64,000 nucleotides of DNA from NCBI GenBank assembly GCA_964658305.1, contig OZ210884.1:2976001-3040000 (forward strand), given 5' to 3'. Under the pieces are notes generated by a model. It saw only the letters and a list, made by a program, of their open reading frames with translations, was not told the DNA's origin and did not search any database. This DNA comes from Leptogorgia sarmentosa. Its lineage: Eukaryota. Made by a program: the position numbers and the translations under genes. Of the stretch, positions 27,901 through 39,900 are shown piece by piece (within the stretch, counting starts at the first letter, position 1; each line of letters starts with the position of its first letter).

Positions 27901-30900
27901 TTTCAGGATAAATTCTTACCAGAATTATGACCACTTTCAAACTGGTTGAAAAGGTTGTGAATAATCCTAATGAATATTTTATTTTATTATGCCATCCCCA
28001 GAGTCATCTTTCCATCTTCTCTTTTTTTCAATTCATTTTTTTAAAATTCGACGTAACTTCGTCACCACATCGAATTCATTGGGGGAATTTGCCAAAATTG
28101 ACAATGTCTCTTTTTGCTGTTGCAGATATTAACGAATGTACAACTAACACACACAATTGCCACAACAATGCTAATTGTACAAACACTAATGGATCATTTA
28201 CATGTGAATGTTGGAATGGATTTACTGGGGATGGTTTAAATTGTACAGGTAGATGTAATCAATTCACTCTTATAAAATTCGTCGAAACTTCGTCACCACA
28301 CAGAATTCATTGGGGGAATTTGCCGAATTGACAATATCTCTTTTTGCTGTTGCAGATATTAACGAATGTACAACTAACCTACACAATTGCCACGACACTG
28401 CTAATTGTACAGACACAGATGGATCATTTACATGTGAATGTTGGAAGGGATTTACTTGGGATGGTGCAAATTGTATAGGTAGATGTAGTGAACATATTTT
28501 CAGAATAAATTCTTCCCAGCATTATGACCACTTTCAAACTGGTTTAAAAGGTTGTGAATAATCCTAATGAATATTTTATTTAATATGCCATCCCCAAAGT
28601 CATCTTTCGATCTTCTCTATTTTTCAATTCACTTTTTTAAAATTAGACGTAACTTCGTCACCACATCGAATTCATTGGGAGAATTTGCCAAAATTGACAA
28701 TGTCTCTTTTTGCTGTTGCAGATATTAACGAATGTACAACTAACACACACAATTGCCACGACAATGCTAATTGTACAAACACAAATGGATCGTTTACTTG
28801 TGAATGTTGGAATGGATTTACTGGGAATGGTGAAATTTGTACAGGTAGATGTAATCAATTCACTCTTTTCAAATTCGTCGCAACTTCGTCACCACACCGA
28901 ATTCATTGGGGGGAATTTGCCAAAATTGACAATGTCTCTTTTTGCTGTTGCAGATATTAACGAATGTACAACTAACGCACACAATTGCCACGACAATGCT
29001 AATTGTACAAACATTAATGGATCATTTACATGTGAATGTTGGAATGGATTTACTGGGCATGGTGTAAATTGTACAGGTAGATGTAATCAATTCACTCTTA
29101 TAAAATTCGACGCAACTTCGTCATCACACAGAATTCATTGGGGGAATTTGCCAAAATTGACAATGTCTCTTTTCGCGTTTGCAGATATTAACGAATGTAC
29201 AACTAACACACACAATTGCCACAACAATGCTAATTGTACAAACATAAATGGATCATTTACATGTGAATGTTGGAATGGATTTACTGGGGATGGTGAAAAT
29301 TGTACAGGTAGATGTAATCAATTCACTCTTATAAAATTCGTCGCAACTTCGTCATCACACAGAATTCATTGGGAGAATTTGCCGAATTGACAATATCTCT
29401 TTTTGCTGTTGCAGATATTAACGAATGTACAATTAACACACACAATTGCCACGACACTGCTAATTGTACAAACACTAATGGATCATTTACATGTGAATGT
29501 TGGAATGGATTTACTGGGGATGGTCTAAATTGTACTGGTAGGTGGAATTAACTTCCTTTTAAAAATTGCTCCTATGAATTGGTCGTGGGTTGTGAAGTTG
29601 ATTTTAATTATTCCAGATGTGGATGAATGTTCCATTGATACCCACAGTTGTCACGTCAATGCTTCTTGTACAAACACACATGGATCATTTACATGTGCAT
29701 GCAAAATTGGCTTTTCTGGGGATGGTTTACATTGTACAGGTAGATAGAATTAACTTATTTTTTTAATGATTGCTCATTGGAATTGGCCGTAAGTTATAAA
29801 GTCTCCTTTAATTCTTTCAGATGTTGATGAATGTTCCAGTAATGCCAACAATTGTCACGTCAATGCTACTTGTACAAACAGAAATGGATCATTTACATGT
29901 GCATGCAAAATTGGCTTTTCGGGGAATGGTCTGCATTGTAGTGGTAGATAGATTTACCTTGTTTTTTTTAAAGTTTTGTCGTAAAAATTGGTCGTAAGTT
30001 GTAAAGTTTCCTTTTATTTTTCTAGATTTGGATGAATGTGCCACTGATACCCACAGTTGTCATGTCAATGCTTCTTGTACAAATGCAAATGGATCATTTA
30101 CATGTGGATGCGAAAATGGCTTTTCTGGGGATGGTTTACATTGTACAGGTAGATAGAATTAACTTGTTTTTTTTAAATGTTACATCATTGGAATTGGTCG
30201 TGAGTTAGAAAGGATCCTTAAATTTTTGAAGATGTGGATGAATGTTCCAAAAATGCTCACAATTGTCACGTGAATGCTTCTTGTACAAACACAAGTGGAT
30301 CATTTACATGTGCATGCGAAAATGGCTTTTCAGGGGATGGTCTAAATTGTACAGGTAGAATGAATTAACTTCTTTTTAAATATTTACTCGCAAGAATTGG
30401 TCGTGGGTTATGAAGTCTCATTTAATTCTTCCAGATGTTGATGAATGTTCCATTGATACCAACAGTTGTCACGTCGATGCTTCTTGTACAAACACAAATG
30501 GATCATTTACATGTGCATGCAAAAATGGCTTTTCTGGGGATGGTTTACATTGTACAGGTAGATAGAATTAACTTCTTTTTTTAATGTTTGGTCGAAAAAA
30601 TTGGTCGTAAGTTGTAAAGTCACTTTTAATTATTGCAGATGTGGATGAATGCTCCATTGATACAAACAGTTGTCCTGTCAATTCTTCTTGTACAAACACA
30701 AATGGATCATTTACGTGTGTATGCAAAATTGGCTTTTCTGGGAATGGTCTAAATTGTACAGGTAGATGGAATTAACTTCTTTTTTGATATTTGCTCAAAA
30801 AAATTACGGTTGGGGTCAATAACGTGTGCATGTTTGGATGGTTTTTTTGGGGACGGTTTAAGCTGTACAGTTGGGAATAAGAAATTGCTTTTAATACACT

Positions 30901-33900
30901 TTTCAAAAGAGTATCCTTGAATATTTTTATGGTGTTGAACTTAATGCTAATTTGCAAATTGTGTAAAACATGGCATCACATCAAATAATGACCATTTAAT
31001 TGAAACAGTTGCGTTTCGAGCTAAATATGGGCTATTAAGAAAGAAACGAACAAAAAGGTTCATGTTGATATAGAAGACAGCTAGGAAATAGACAATGAAT
31101 GGAATACATGTATATAAAGTTGTCTCACATGTGAAGTGTTCCGATTAATTCTCTTAATAGCCCACTTAAAATTTCACATATGTCATATGTGAAATTTCGT
31201 TAAACGTTTGACCATATCCAATACCATAGCAACGCGACCTGCAATAATACAGAAGAATTTTTCACATATACATGTAATTGTCTGTAATATTGTCAGTAAA
31301 AGTTATTTTTATCACTAAATGAAAATTACGTTTTAGAACTCAACGAATGTTTGACCTTATCACCATGCCATGGCAAAGCAACCTGTAAAAACACTGAAGG
31401 ATCTTATACATGTTCATGCAACACTGGATACAGCGGAGATGGAGAAATTTGTGATGGTACGTGATAATCTGGAAATCGTCTCCGTTATTGCGAGTAAAAT
31501 GTTTATTATACCACTTAATGTAAATTACGTTTTAGAAATCAACGAATGTTTAACGATATCGCCTTGTCATGCTAATGCAACATGTAACAATACCGAAGGT
31601 TCTTACATGTGTTCATGTATTACTGGTTACAACGGAGATGGAGTAACTTGTCATGGTATGTCATAATTGGTAAATAGACTACTATTTCGCGAGAACAAAA
31701 ATAATTATGAATATAATCGTTTGATTACAATCTCGTTCCAGAAATCGACGAATGTTTGACCATATCACCATGTCATGCTAATGCAATATGTACTAACACC
31801 GAGGGATCTTACACATGTACATGCAATACTGGATACAGTGGAGATGGCATAGCTTGTGATGGTATGTTTTAATAGCCGAATCTTCTAACATTTGTGTAAA
31901 AATTTTTCACTATAACAATATATAAATCTAAGTCCCATTTTAGAAAATAACGAATGTTTGACAATATCACCTTGTCATAACAATGCAACATGCATCAATA
32001 CCGAAGGTTCTTACACGTGTACATGTAATGCTGGATTCAGCGGTGATGGCCTAAATTGTTATTGTATGTCAAAATCAAGAAATCATCTGGGAAATTGTGA
32101 ATAAAACTTTCATTTTATCACTTTATGTAAATCACGTTCCATAGAAATCAACGAATGTTTGACCATATCGCCGTGTCATGCTAATGCAACATGTAATGAA
32201 GCACTTCGAATAACGGCGTTTTGAAGCAATAGAAATAGACGTTGCGCGTCAAACAGCTTTGCTGTATTTCTGAAGACGAGATCTACCAAAAGAAGACGTC
32301 TTATTGTTGTCGATTTATACTAGTTTTCAAATTAAGACTTTTTTTGAATGAAAATCACAGTATTTGGTTTTCTGCTTAAAAAACTGTAAAACAGTTGATG
32401 ATTATACGCATTCCTTAATGCTGAAAGGCCCTTTGTCTTCAAAATACATGCAATGTACCACGCATAAATTTTTTGCAAAATTATTGCGAATGCTTTTAAG
32501 CGATTCGATTTTACGAACTACGCATAACTGTGTGACGTCACGTTTTACTCTAATTCTGGATAAAGGAATTAGCCATTATTTTCTTTTTGCTTTTGCAGAT
32601 CAGAATGAATGTGTGAATTGCCACGGCAATGCTACATGCTTAAACATTAATGGGTCTTTTAAATGTGCGTGCGAGGAAGGTTTTTCTGGGGATGGTCTAG
32701 ACTGTTTAGGTAGGTGAAAGTAAGATTTCAATCTTTGTTTTTTTTTTCATTTTTGTTGTTGTTGAGCTTCATCATCCAGAGCAAATTGATATAAAATAAT
32801 CCCCCACATTCATAACGAATTTATTTGCCAGAACAGTTTAAGATCATTGGGAAGAAGAAAGCTAGGGAATTTCTGTGGAAATTTTTATTTTGCAATTCAA
32901 ACAATAATGCCTTAGCTCGTTGTTAAAGAGAAAATCATAGTGGGTGATCATTTCTTTAAAAACAAACTTTGTTTATTAGACGGTTACGGGAATGGTTAGG
33001 CATATATAAGGGAAAAGTTTCGTCACCGCTCTGAATAATTTTGTTTTAATCAGGTGAAGCGAAATATTCTGCGAGATTCGTCAATTACTTCGCCTCTGCT
33101 TGGCATCAATTTAACTTAAGGAACCTTAGCCGTAGGTTGTGAAGTCACATTATTTTTCTATTGCAGATGTGAACGAATGTGTCACGAACATACACAACTG
33201 TAATGACAGGGCAACCTGTACAAACACGGATGGATCATTTACGTGTGCATGTAAAAATGGCTTTTCTGGAGATGGTGTCAACTGTGTTGGTAGGTTGAAA
33301 AAACATATTTTCTAATTAGGGTTGTCTTTTATTTTGAGATAGTGAGCTCTATGTCAATACGCAAATTAATATAAAACAAGTTAACACATTGGATAACGAC
33401 CTTTTAAAGTAGTTGGAAAAATATGCACATCGAATGAAATTTAACAATTTGGAAAATGAGTGAACTACAGAAATTCTAGGGATGTGGCATTGTGGTCACT
33501 TGAAAGGGGCCTGCCATAGGTTGTCTTTGAATAGAAAATTGTGATCCGTAGTCTGTTGTTGAACGATATTAGCCTCTTTTTAAAATTGCAGATTACAATG
33601 AATGTGGCAATAACTCGCACAACTGTCATGACAATGCAGCATGTACAAACACAAACGGATCATTTACATGTACATGCGAAGATGGCTTCTCTGGCGATGG
33701 TGTGAACTGTGTAGGTAGGTATAATTGCAATTTCACGATTTGGTTTCTAACGCGCGTTTGTTCGAACAGTACTAGTTACTATTAACAAGTTTAAGAGGCC
33801 GTCTCCATAAAAACCACCTACTCACTTTCGCGTTGAAATTTTTTTCCCTTCATATTTCTCTCATTTATTAGCCTTTATTGGTCGGTAATAAATATGTATT

Positions 33901-36900
33901 CAGATTTGGGATTCTTACATTATTTTTCATTTTTTGCTATATTTTCTACTTTGTGTTTGGCTATTTTTAGACAGTTTCAGACGTAAAATTATCCATTTTC
34001 AAAGAAACTCCAGATATGCGTACAACATAATTTGATTCATATTTTGGGTTTATGTGAAAGAATTATATCTCTGCAAAAATTTGAGGGCAATGAGTCGTGT
34101 ATGTTATAGGAGTTAAAATATTTTTCTCATTATTTCTAACGGCAATTCCGACATGCTGACAAAATTGCAAATATAACCATTATTCAACTTTGTTTTTTTC
34201 AAAAGTGCAACCAGTTATTCGCCTAGACTAAACTTAAAATTAAACTACCAATATTGATCTAAAATTCCATGAAAAATCTTTTTTGGGGACACAAACCGAT
34301 GCGCTCTAAATTTCAATGAAATATTTGCAAATTTGACGCGGCATTAATTAGTACTTAGAAACTATCGTCTCACTATGACATTGAACAAACAACTTAAATC
34401 ATATGTTTAAAACATTTTATCACGTCTATTTGGTATTTGCAAAGAAAAACAACAATATTTCATGCATGCAGCTCTTTTCCTTTCCTAGCAGTCTTTTGAA
34501 ATAGATAAAACGAGCGTCCCCGATCATGGTATAATTGCAATCACGAAAATCATTCTATATAATTTTCGATATATTCATCAACTTTATCAAATATATTTAT
34601 TGTTGTAGTTTATTTAGCATAAGCAGTCACTATTGTGAACATAAAATAACATTCAACCATTGTCAATTGGCAAAGAAACAATGAATTTTCAGTCGATAGA
34701 AAGGCGGGTTTTCCCCTGAGGTATCAACTGTGCTGTGGCTATTTTCTTTTCGTAGCAATCTTTTGAAATAGATAAAAACAAGCGTGCCCGATCATGGTAT
34801 AATTGCAACCACAATAATCGGAGACGTCGCGAACTGATCGACATTCGGAGTTCCGGGGGGGGGGGTTTGAGGGGGGTAGTAGGGCATCCTGATTCTTTGA
34901 CCAAATTTCGGTGATAATTTTGACCGAGTTTTCAGATGGATGGCTTCAAAATGGTTTAGCCTCAAATGTTTGCTCGAGTGTCTTTGACTTTGATTTTATT
35001 GTAGTTATATAATAATTAATGTGAAAAGAAAATTATATTCTTAATATATGTATATATAAGGACACTAACTCATAATCGAATCATATTTTTATAAATTTAA
35101 AGAATATACAAACTACATTGAACGAAGTAAGGGAGAGTTCATATACGCCGCCAGTTATACTTAGTCTAAGTACAGTGCACAGTCAGATTTCCCCCGGAAG
35201 TTTCCACATGGATAACTAAAATAATCGGATAGGAAACAAGCCAAGTCCATAACAGTTGTAAAGTTAATGGTTTAACTTGAAATCAGTATGTACGTTATAT
35301 TTATACAATTATGGATGCGGTTTTAAAAAGGGAATGATGTAATGAACATGACTCCCAGTCTAAAAATATAGCCACATCACATTGATACCTTAGGGGAAAA
35401 CCTGCCTTTCTATCGACTGTAAATTCAATGTTTCTTTGCCAATTGACAATGGTTGAATGTTATTTTATGTTCACAATAGTGACTGCTTATGCTAAAGAAA
35501 CTACAACAATAAATATATTTGATAAAGTTTGATGAATATATCGAAAATTATATAGAATGATTTTCGTGATTGCAATTATACCATGATCGGGGACGCTCGT
35601 TTTATCTATTTCAAAAGACTGCTAGGAAAGGAAAAGAGCTGCATGCATGAAATATTGTTGTTTTTCTTTGCAAATACCAAATAGACATGATAAAATGTTT
35701 TAAACATATGATTTAAGTTGTTTGTTCAATGTCATAGTGAGACGATAGTTTCTAAGTACTAATTAATGCCGTGCAAATTTGCAAATATTTCATTGAAATT
35801 TAGAGCGCATCGGTTTGTGTCCCCAAAAAAGATTTTTCATGGAATTTTAGATCAATATTGGTAGTTTAATTTTAAGTTTAGTCTAGGTGTATAACTGGTT
35901 GCACTTCTGAAAAAAACAAAGTTGAATAATGTTTATTTTTGAAATTTTGTCAGCATGGCGGAATTGCCATAAACAATAAAAAATATTTAAATTTCTATAA
36001 CATATACAACTCATTGCCCTCAAATTTTTGCAGAGATATAATTCTTTCACATAAACCCAAAATATGAATCAAATTATGTTGTACGCATATCTGGAGTTTC
36101 TTTGAAAATGGATAATTTTACGTCTGAAACTGTCTAAAAATAGCCATAGTAGACACAAAGTAGAAAATATAGCAAAAAATGAAAAATAATATAAGAATCC
36201 CAAATCTGAATACATATTTATTACCCACCAATAATGGCTAATAAATGAGAGAAATATGAAGGAAAATAATTTTCAGTAGTGAAGTTAGTATGTGAATGTT
36301 AGGGAGACAGCCTCTTAATACTTGTGCCCAATATTAACATGCACGGGTGCTTACATTACGAAAAAAATTCTGGGGTCGGTTTGTATAAATCTCTTAACTA
36401 TCCGTTTTTTTTGTTAAATGGTAGATAACTTTGGAATAGGCGTTCTGATTGGTCAATTTTTGCACCTAACTATAGTTAACTATAACTACGGTTTTTATAC
36501 AACAGGCCCCAGTATGTTTATTCGAAGTAATTCGTTATTTAATTGAATAGGGGACAGATTGAACGCGACTATGTCGTCCATTTACCGAAATCCGCCGTTT
36601 AAGTTAAAGTCCAAACTGTAATACTATTGAACAACTTGTCAATCCATTGTCGCTTTTACTGAAGGATTCGATGCCTTTCCTTCGAGTTTTTGAAATATTG
36701 CATGATCTATTTTCCCCATAAAAGGTTATATTTTACGAGAATTTGCAGCGGTTGATAAGCTTGGGCTTCATGCGCTCCTAGGTACAGATTTCTTTTCTCG
36801 TTTATCGACTTTTTCAGTCAGAGAAAGGAGCTCAGGTTTCGGGCTGAGATTAGTCGTGCAATATAATTTTAGAATTATATGTTACATATTAGCAGCTAGG

Positions 36901-39900
36901 TTTCGGCCAAATACACAGAGTAGATTCCTGTCATACCATAACGTAATCAAGTGTATTTAGTTTAGATGGAATTGATTTTAGAGAACGATAACATTCTACT
37001 TCCTGCTCTTAATGAATTATTCATATTATCTAAAGCAATCTTGTTTTTCCAGGGTGATTTCGTTCGTTTTTTTAATTTGTAGACAATGAGTGTGGTCATG
37101 CTAACGACTTAATTTAATTTTTGAACTTTCATGCCTTTCATGGCACTGATACAATGTCGATAGCACTAAAAACTTAATCAACCTGTCACAGTAGCATTTA
37201 ATGTAAGATTTCTGTCATTAAAATAAAATCCCGACCGACTATCGTGCATCTTTATAGATGTAGACGAATGTATTGCTACGCCAACACTTTGTGGAAGTAA
37301 CATGTGCGAGAATAGGTTTGGTTCTTACACATGCAAGTGTCCCGATGGTTTTTTCTTGGTTGGAAATAACTGTGAAGGTAAATTTTGTCATTATTTAATG
37401 ATGGAAATTGAATTATTACGAACAAAGTAACATTCTCTAAAAATACTTTAGTGACACGTTTGATGTTGGTTCTCTTCTAACATAAATCTATTCCTAAAAA
37501 AATCCAAAAAGCTAGTTGGATTCTCTAATGATCATCAAACCATTGAGCTAAACAGTTCAATCAGTAGTAATACACAGATACATGCAAAAAGTTAAATATA
37601 GCTATATGTAAAGTTATATCAATAAAATTTCGATAACTATATTTCTGCTACAGTCTACACATGAATATAACTGTTTTCCTTGCAGCGGCTTTTTCGTATC
37701 AGCTTCAGTTCACGATTTTGGAAGGAGCAACTTACTCAAAAGATTTTCAAGATCCAACGACGCAGACATATTTGCAATTGCAGCAAGATTTGGAAAACAA
37801 TGTAAGTTGCTAATCGGTATTATAATTATTATAATTGTTATAATTATTACAATGTATATGATATTGTATAGAAAAATCGATAACGTAGATCTTAACAACA
37901 GATCTGTTCTTTTCTTTCGTTACCAGAATTGCTGACCAACGTTTTTTTTATTTTTCTAATATCATTTACAACTTAGCCCTCCCACCCCTCCTAATTGCAT
38001 GTTAGCCTTTCCTAATTTTTTCGCTCAGATTATTTTCGGTTATTGTTAATCCCATTCCAATATACATGTCGTTAGTATTTCCTGACTTAAGTTTTTGAAA
38101 ATGTATATGCTGCACGTGAGATCTTAACTAATTACAGGCACAATGTTTGCACATTGAAGTAAGTGAGCGCGAGATCCAACAATTGGGCAACACCGTCCAG
38201 TCAGTTAGACATCTGGGGCCGGTTGTTCAAAAGTCGGTTAGTTTAACCCTGGGTAAACTTAAAATTCAAAGCAAAATTTTCAACAGTTTGTTCATGAATT
38301 TAGAAATGTCTCTCTAGAAATCTTGTCTGGATCACTAAGAGTTTTCTTCTTTGAAGTTCCGAAGTAAACAGATATACAGAAATGCACAAACTAAAACACT
38401 GGGTTAAATTTTAACCCACGATTATAGCCTTAACTAGCTTTAAACAACGGGCCCCTGGCCTCGAATAGGATATGCATTTCACAATAAAATTTGCTTCTAG
38501 CAGTGCAAGCTTTTTTTCATTTCTTTCTTTTTCAGAATATTCATGTGTCAGTAAGCTAACGACTTCATTTTTCGCAGTTTTGCTAGTATTTAAGGAAGTG
38601 TGGATTGTTGGCAAATACTAAAATTTTCCTCTTTTCAATTATAAGGTTGGAGCAAATTTTAAAGCTTCTGAGTATTCTTCGAACTTCTTTGGGGTATACC
38701 TAACCAACTTCAGGTAAGCCAATTTGTCCCGACTAGTTAAGTAATACCGGGTAACAATATACCAGTTTGCAATAATTATTGTGTAGGAGCAAACGTGAGT
38801 ATTTTGTATACCCGCAAAAGCTAAGAATCTCAATATTCGAAGCTGTTGCTATTATGAAGTCATTTATTGACACCCTTTCGGTTTCACAGAAATTATATTA
38901 TCATATTCCATAATTTTATTGCATTCCAATATTCAATTTGCACCATACAGCTTTATTGCAGTAGGTGCATTCTGGAATAATGCGCTATCTTTCTTTTCTT
39001 TAACTATGATTGGTGAGCTAGCACCCTGATAACATCGCAATGGTATAGCCAGTGATGCGACTTAGCCAGACACGTTTTTGAGAAAAACTAGTTCGGAACA
39101 AACGTTTTTTCTGATTTCACAGAATTTAAATATTATTGTTCGTTCGTTATATTTAGCAATAGGGTATAAAAATGGTATAATAAAGATGTGTTTCATTTTC
39201 ATTCACTATTCCATGACTTTTCATTTTTCAGCCCAGACAGTGGAATATCGCCCGGGGGGACGATAGCTACCTTTATATTGTTTGTAAACACCAGTGCATC
39301 GGAAATCACTCCGGAACGACTTGGAGCAGCCTTCGAAAAAAATTTAGGCACACACATTCCACGGAGGCGTACTCTGGGAAATAATTATGTTCTGGCAACA
39401 AGCTCTGATGGAGTTCACTTTACACCTTCATTGGATAATTTAGTCGGTAAGAGGTGATATCCATGTTGTTTGTATGAATGTAGCACATAATTATTGGAAG
39501 TAACTTTGGTGTTTAATTATGAAGAAGCTATAGCTAGGTGGGGTAAAACGTAAGTCATTCCTTTTTAGAGCAAATCATTCAACAGTGACTGAAATAATTT
39601 CTATTAAAACATTCATTTATTTTGTCTGCTTCCACTTCGATTAATACTCTCTGTGAGAAAAGCACGTACATGTGTTTTTTAAATAGGCAATATCAAAATT
39701 GGGCTTATATGTATAAATGTGATCTCACACACAATATCACATGTAAGACGATATACAGCATGTCAAAATATGGGTTTTCGCTGACTTTTTAAGCTTGTGC
39801 AAACGTAATAATGATCGCGCGCAATTGATTCAAATTTGCTATTGTTCAAATTTTGTTAAAATTTTGAGTTTTATAAATATAATTTTAAATGTAAGTTAAA

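Noticed and set aside
13856..29390. Repeated alternative-frame and antisense ORFs ([20 protein letters not shown]..., [13 protein letters not shown]...)
   Set aside because: Shadows of the EGF exon repeats; their apparent conservation comes from DNA-level duplication
13916..30761. Regular repeat/spacer pattern resembling a CRISPR array or a recombinational cassette system
   Set aside because: The repeats are 123-nt coding exons with GT/AG ends, the spacers are homologous introns, and there are no cas or recombinase genes; the DNA is eukaryotic
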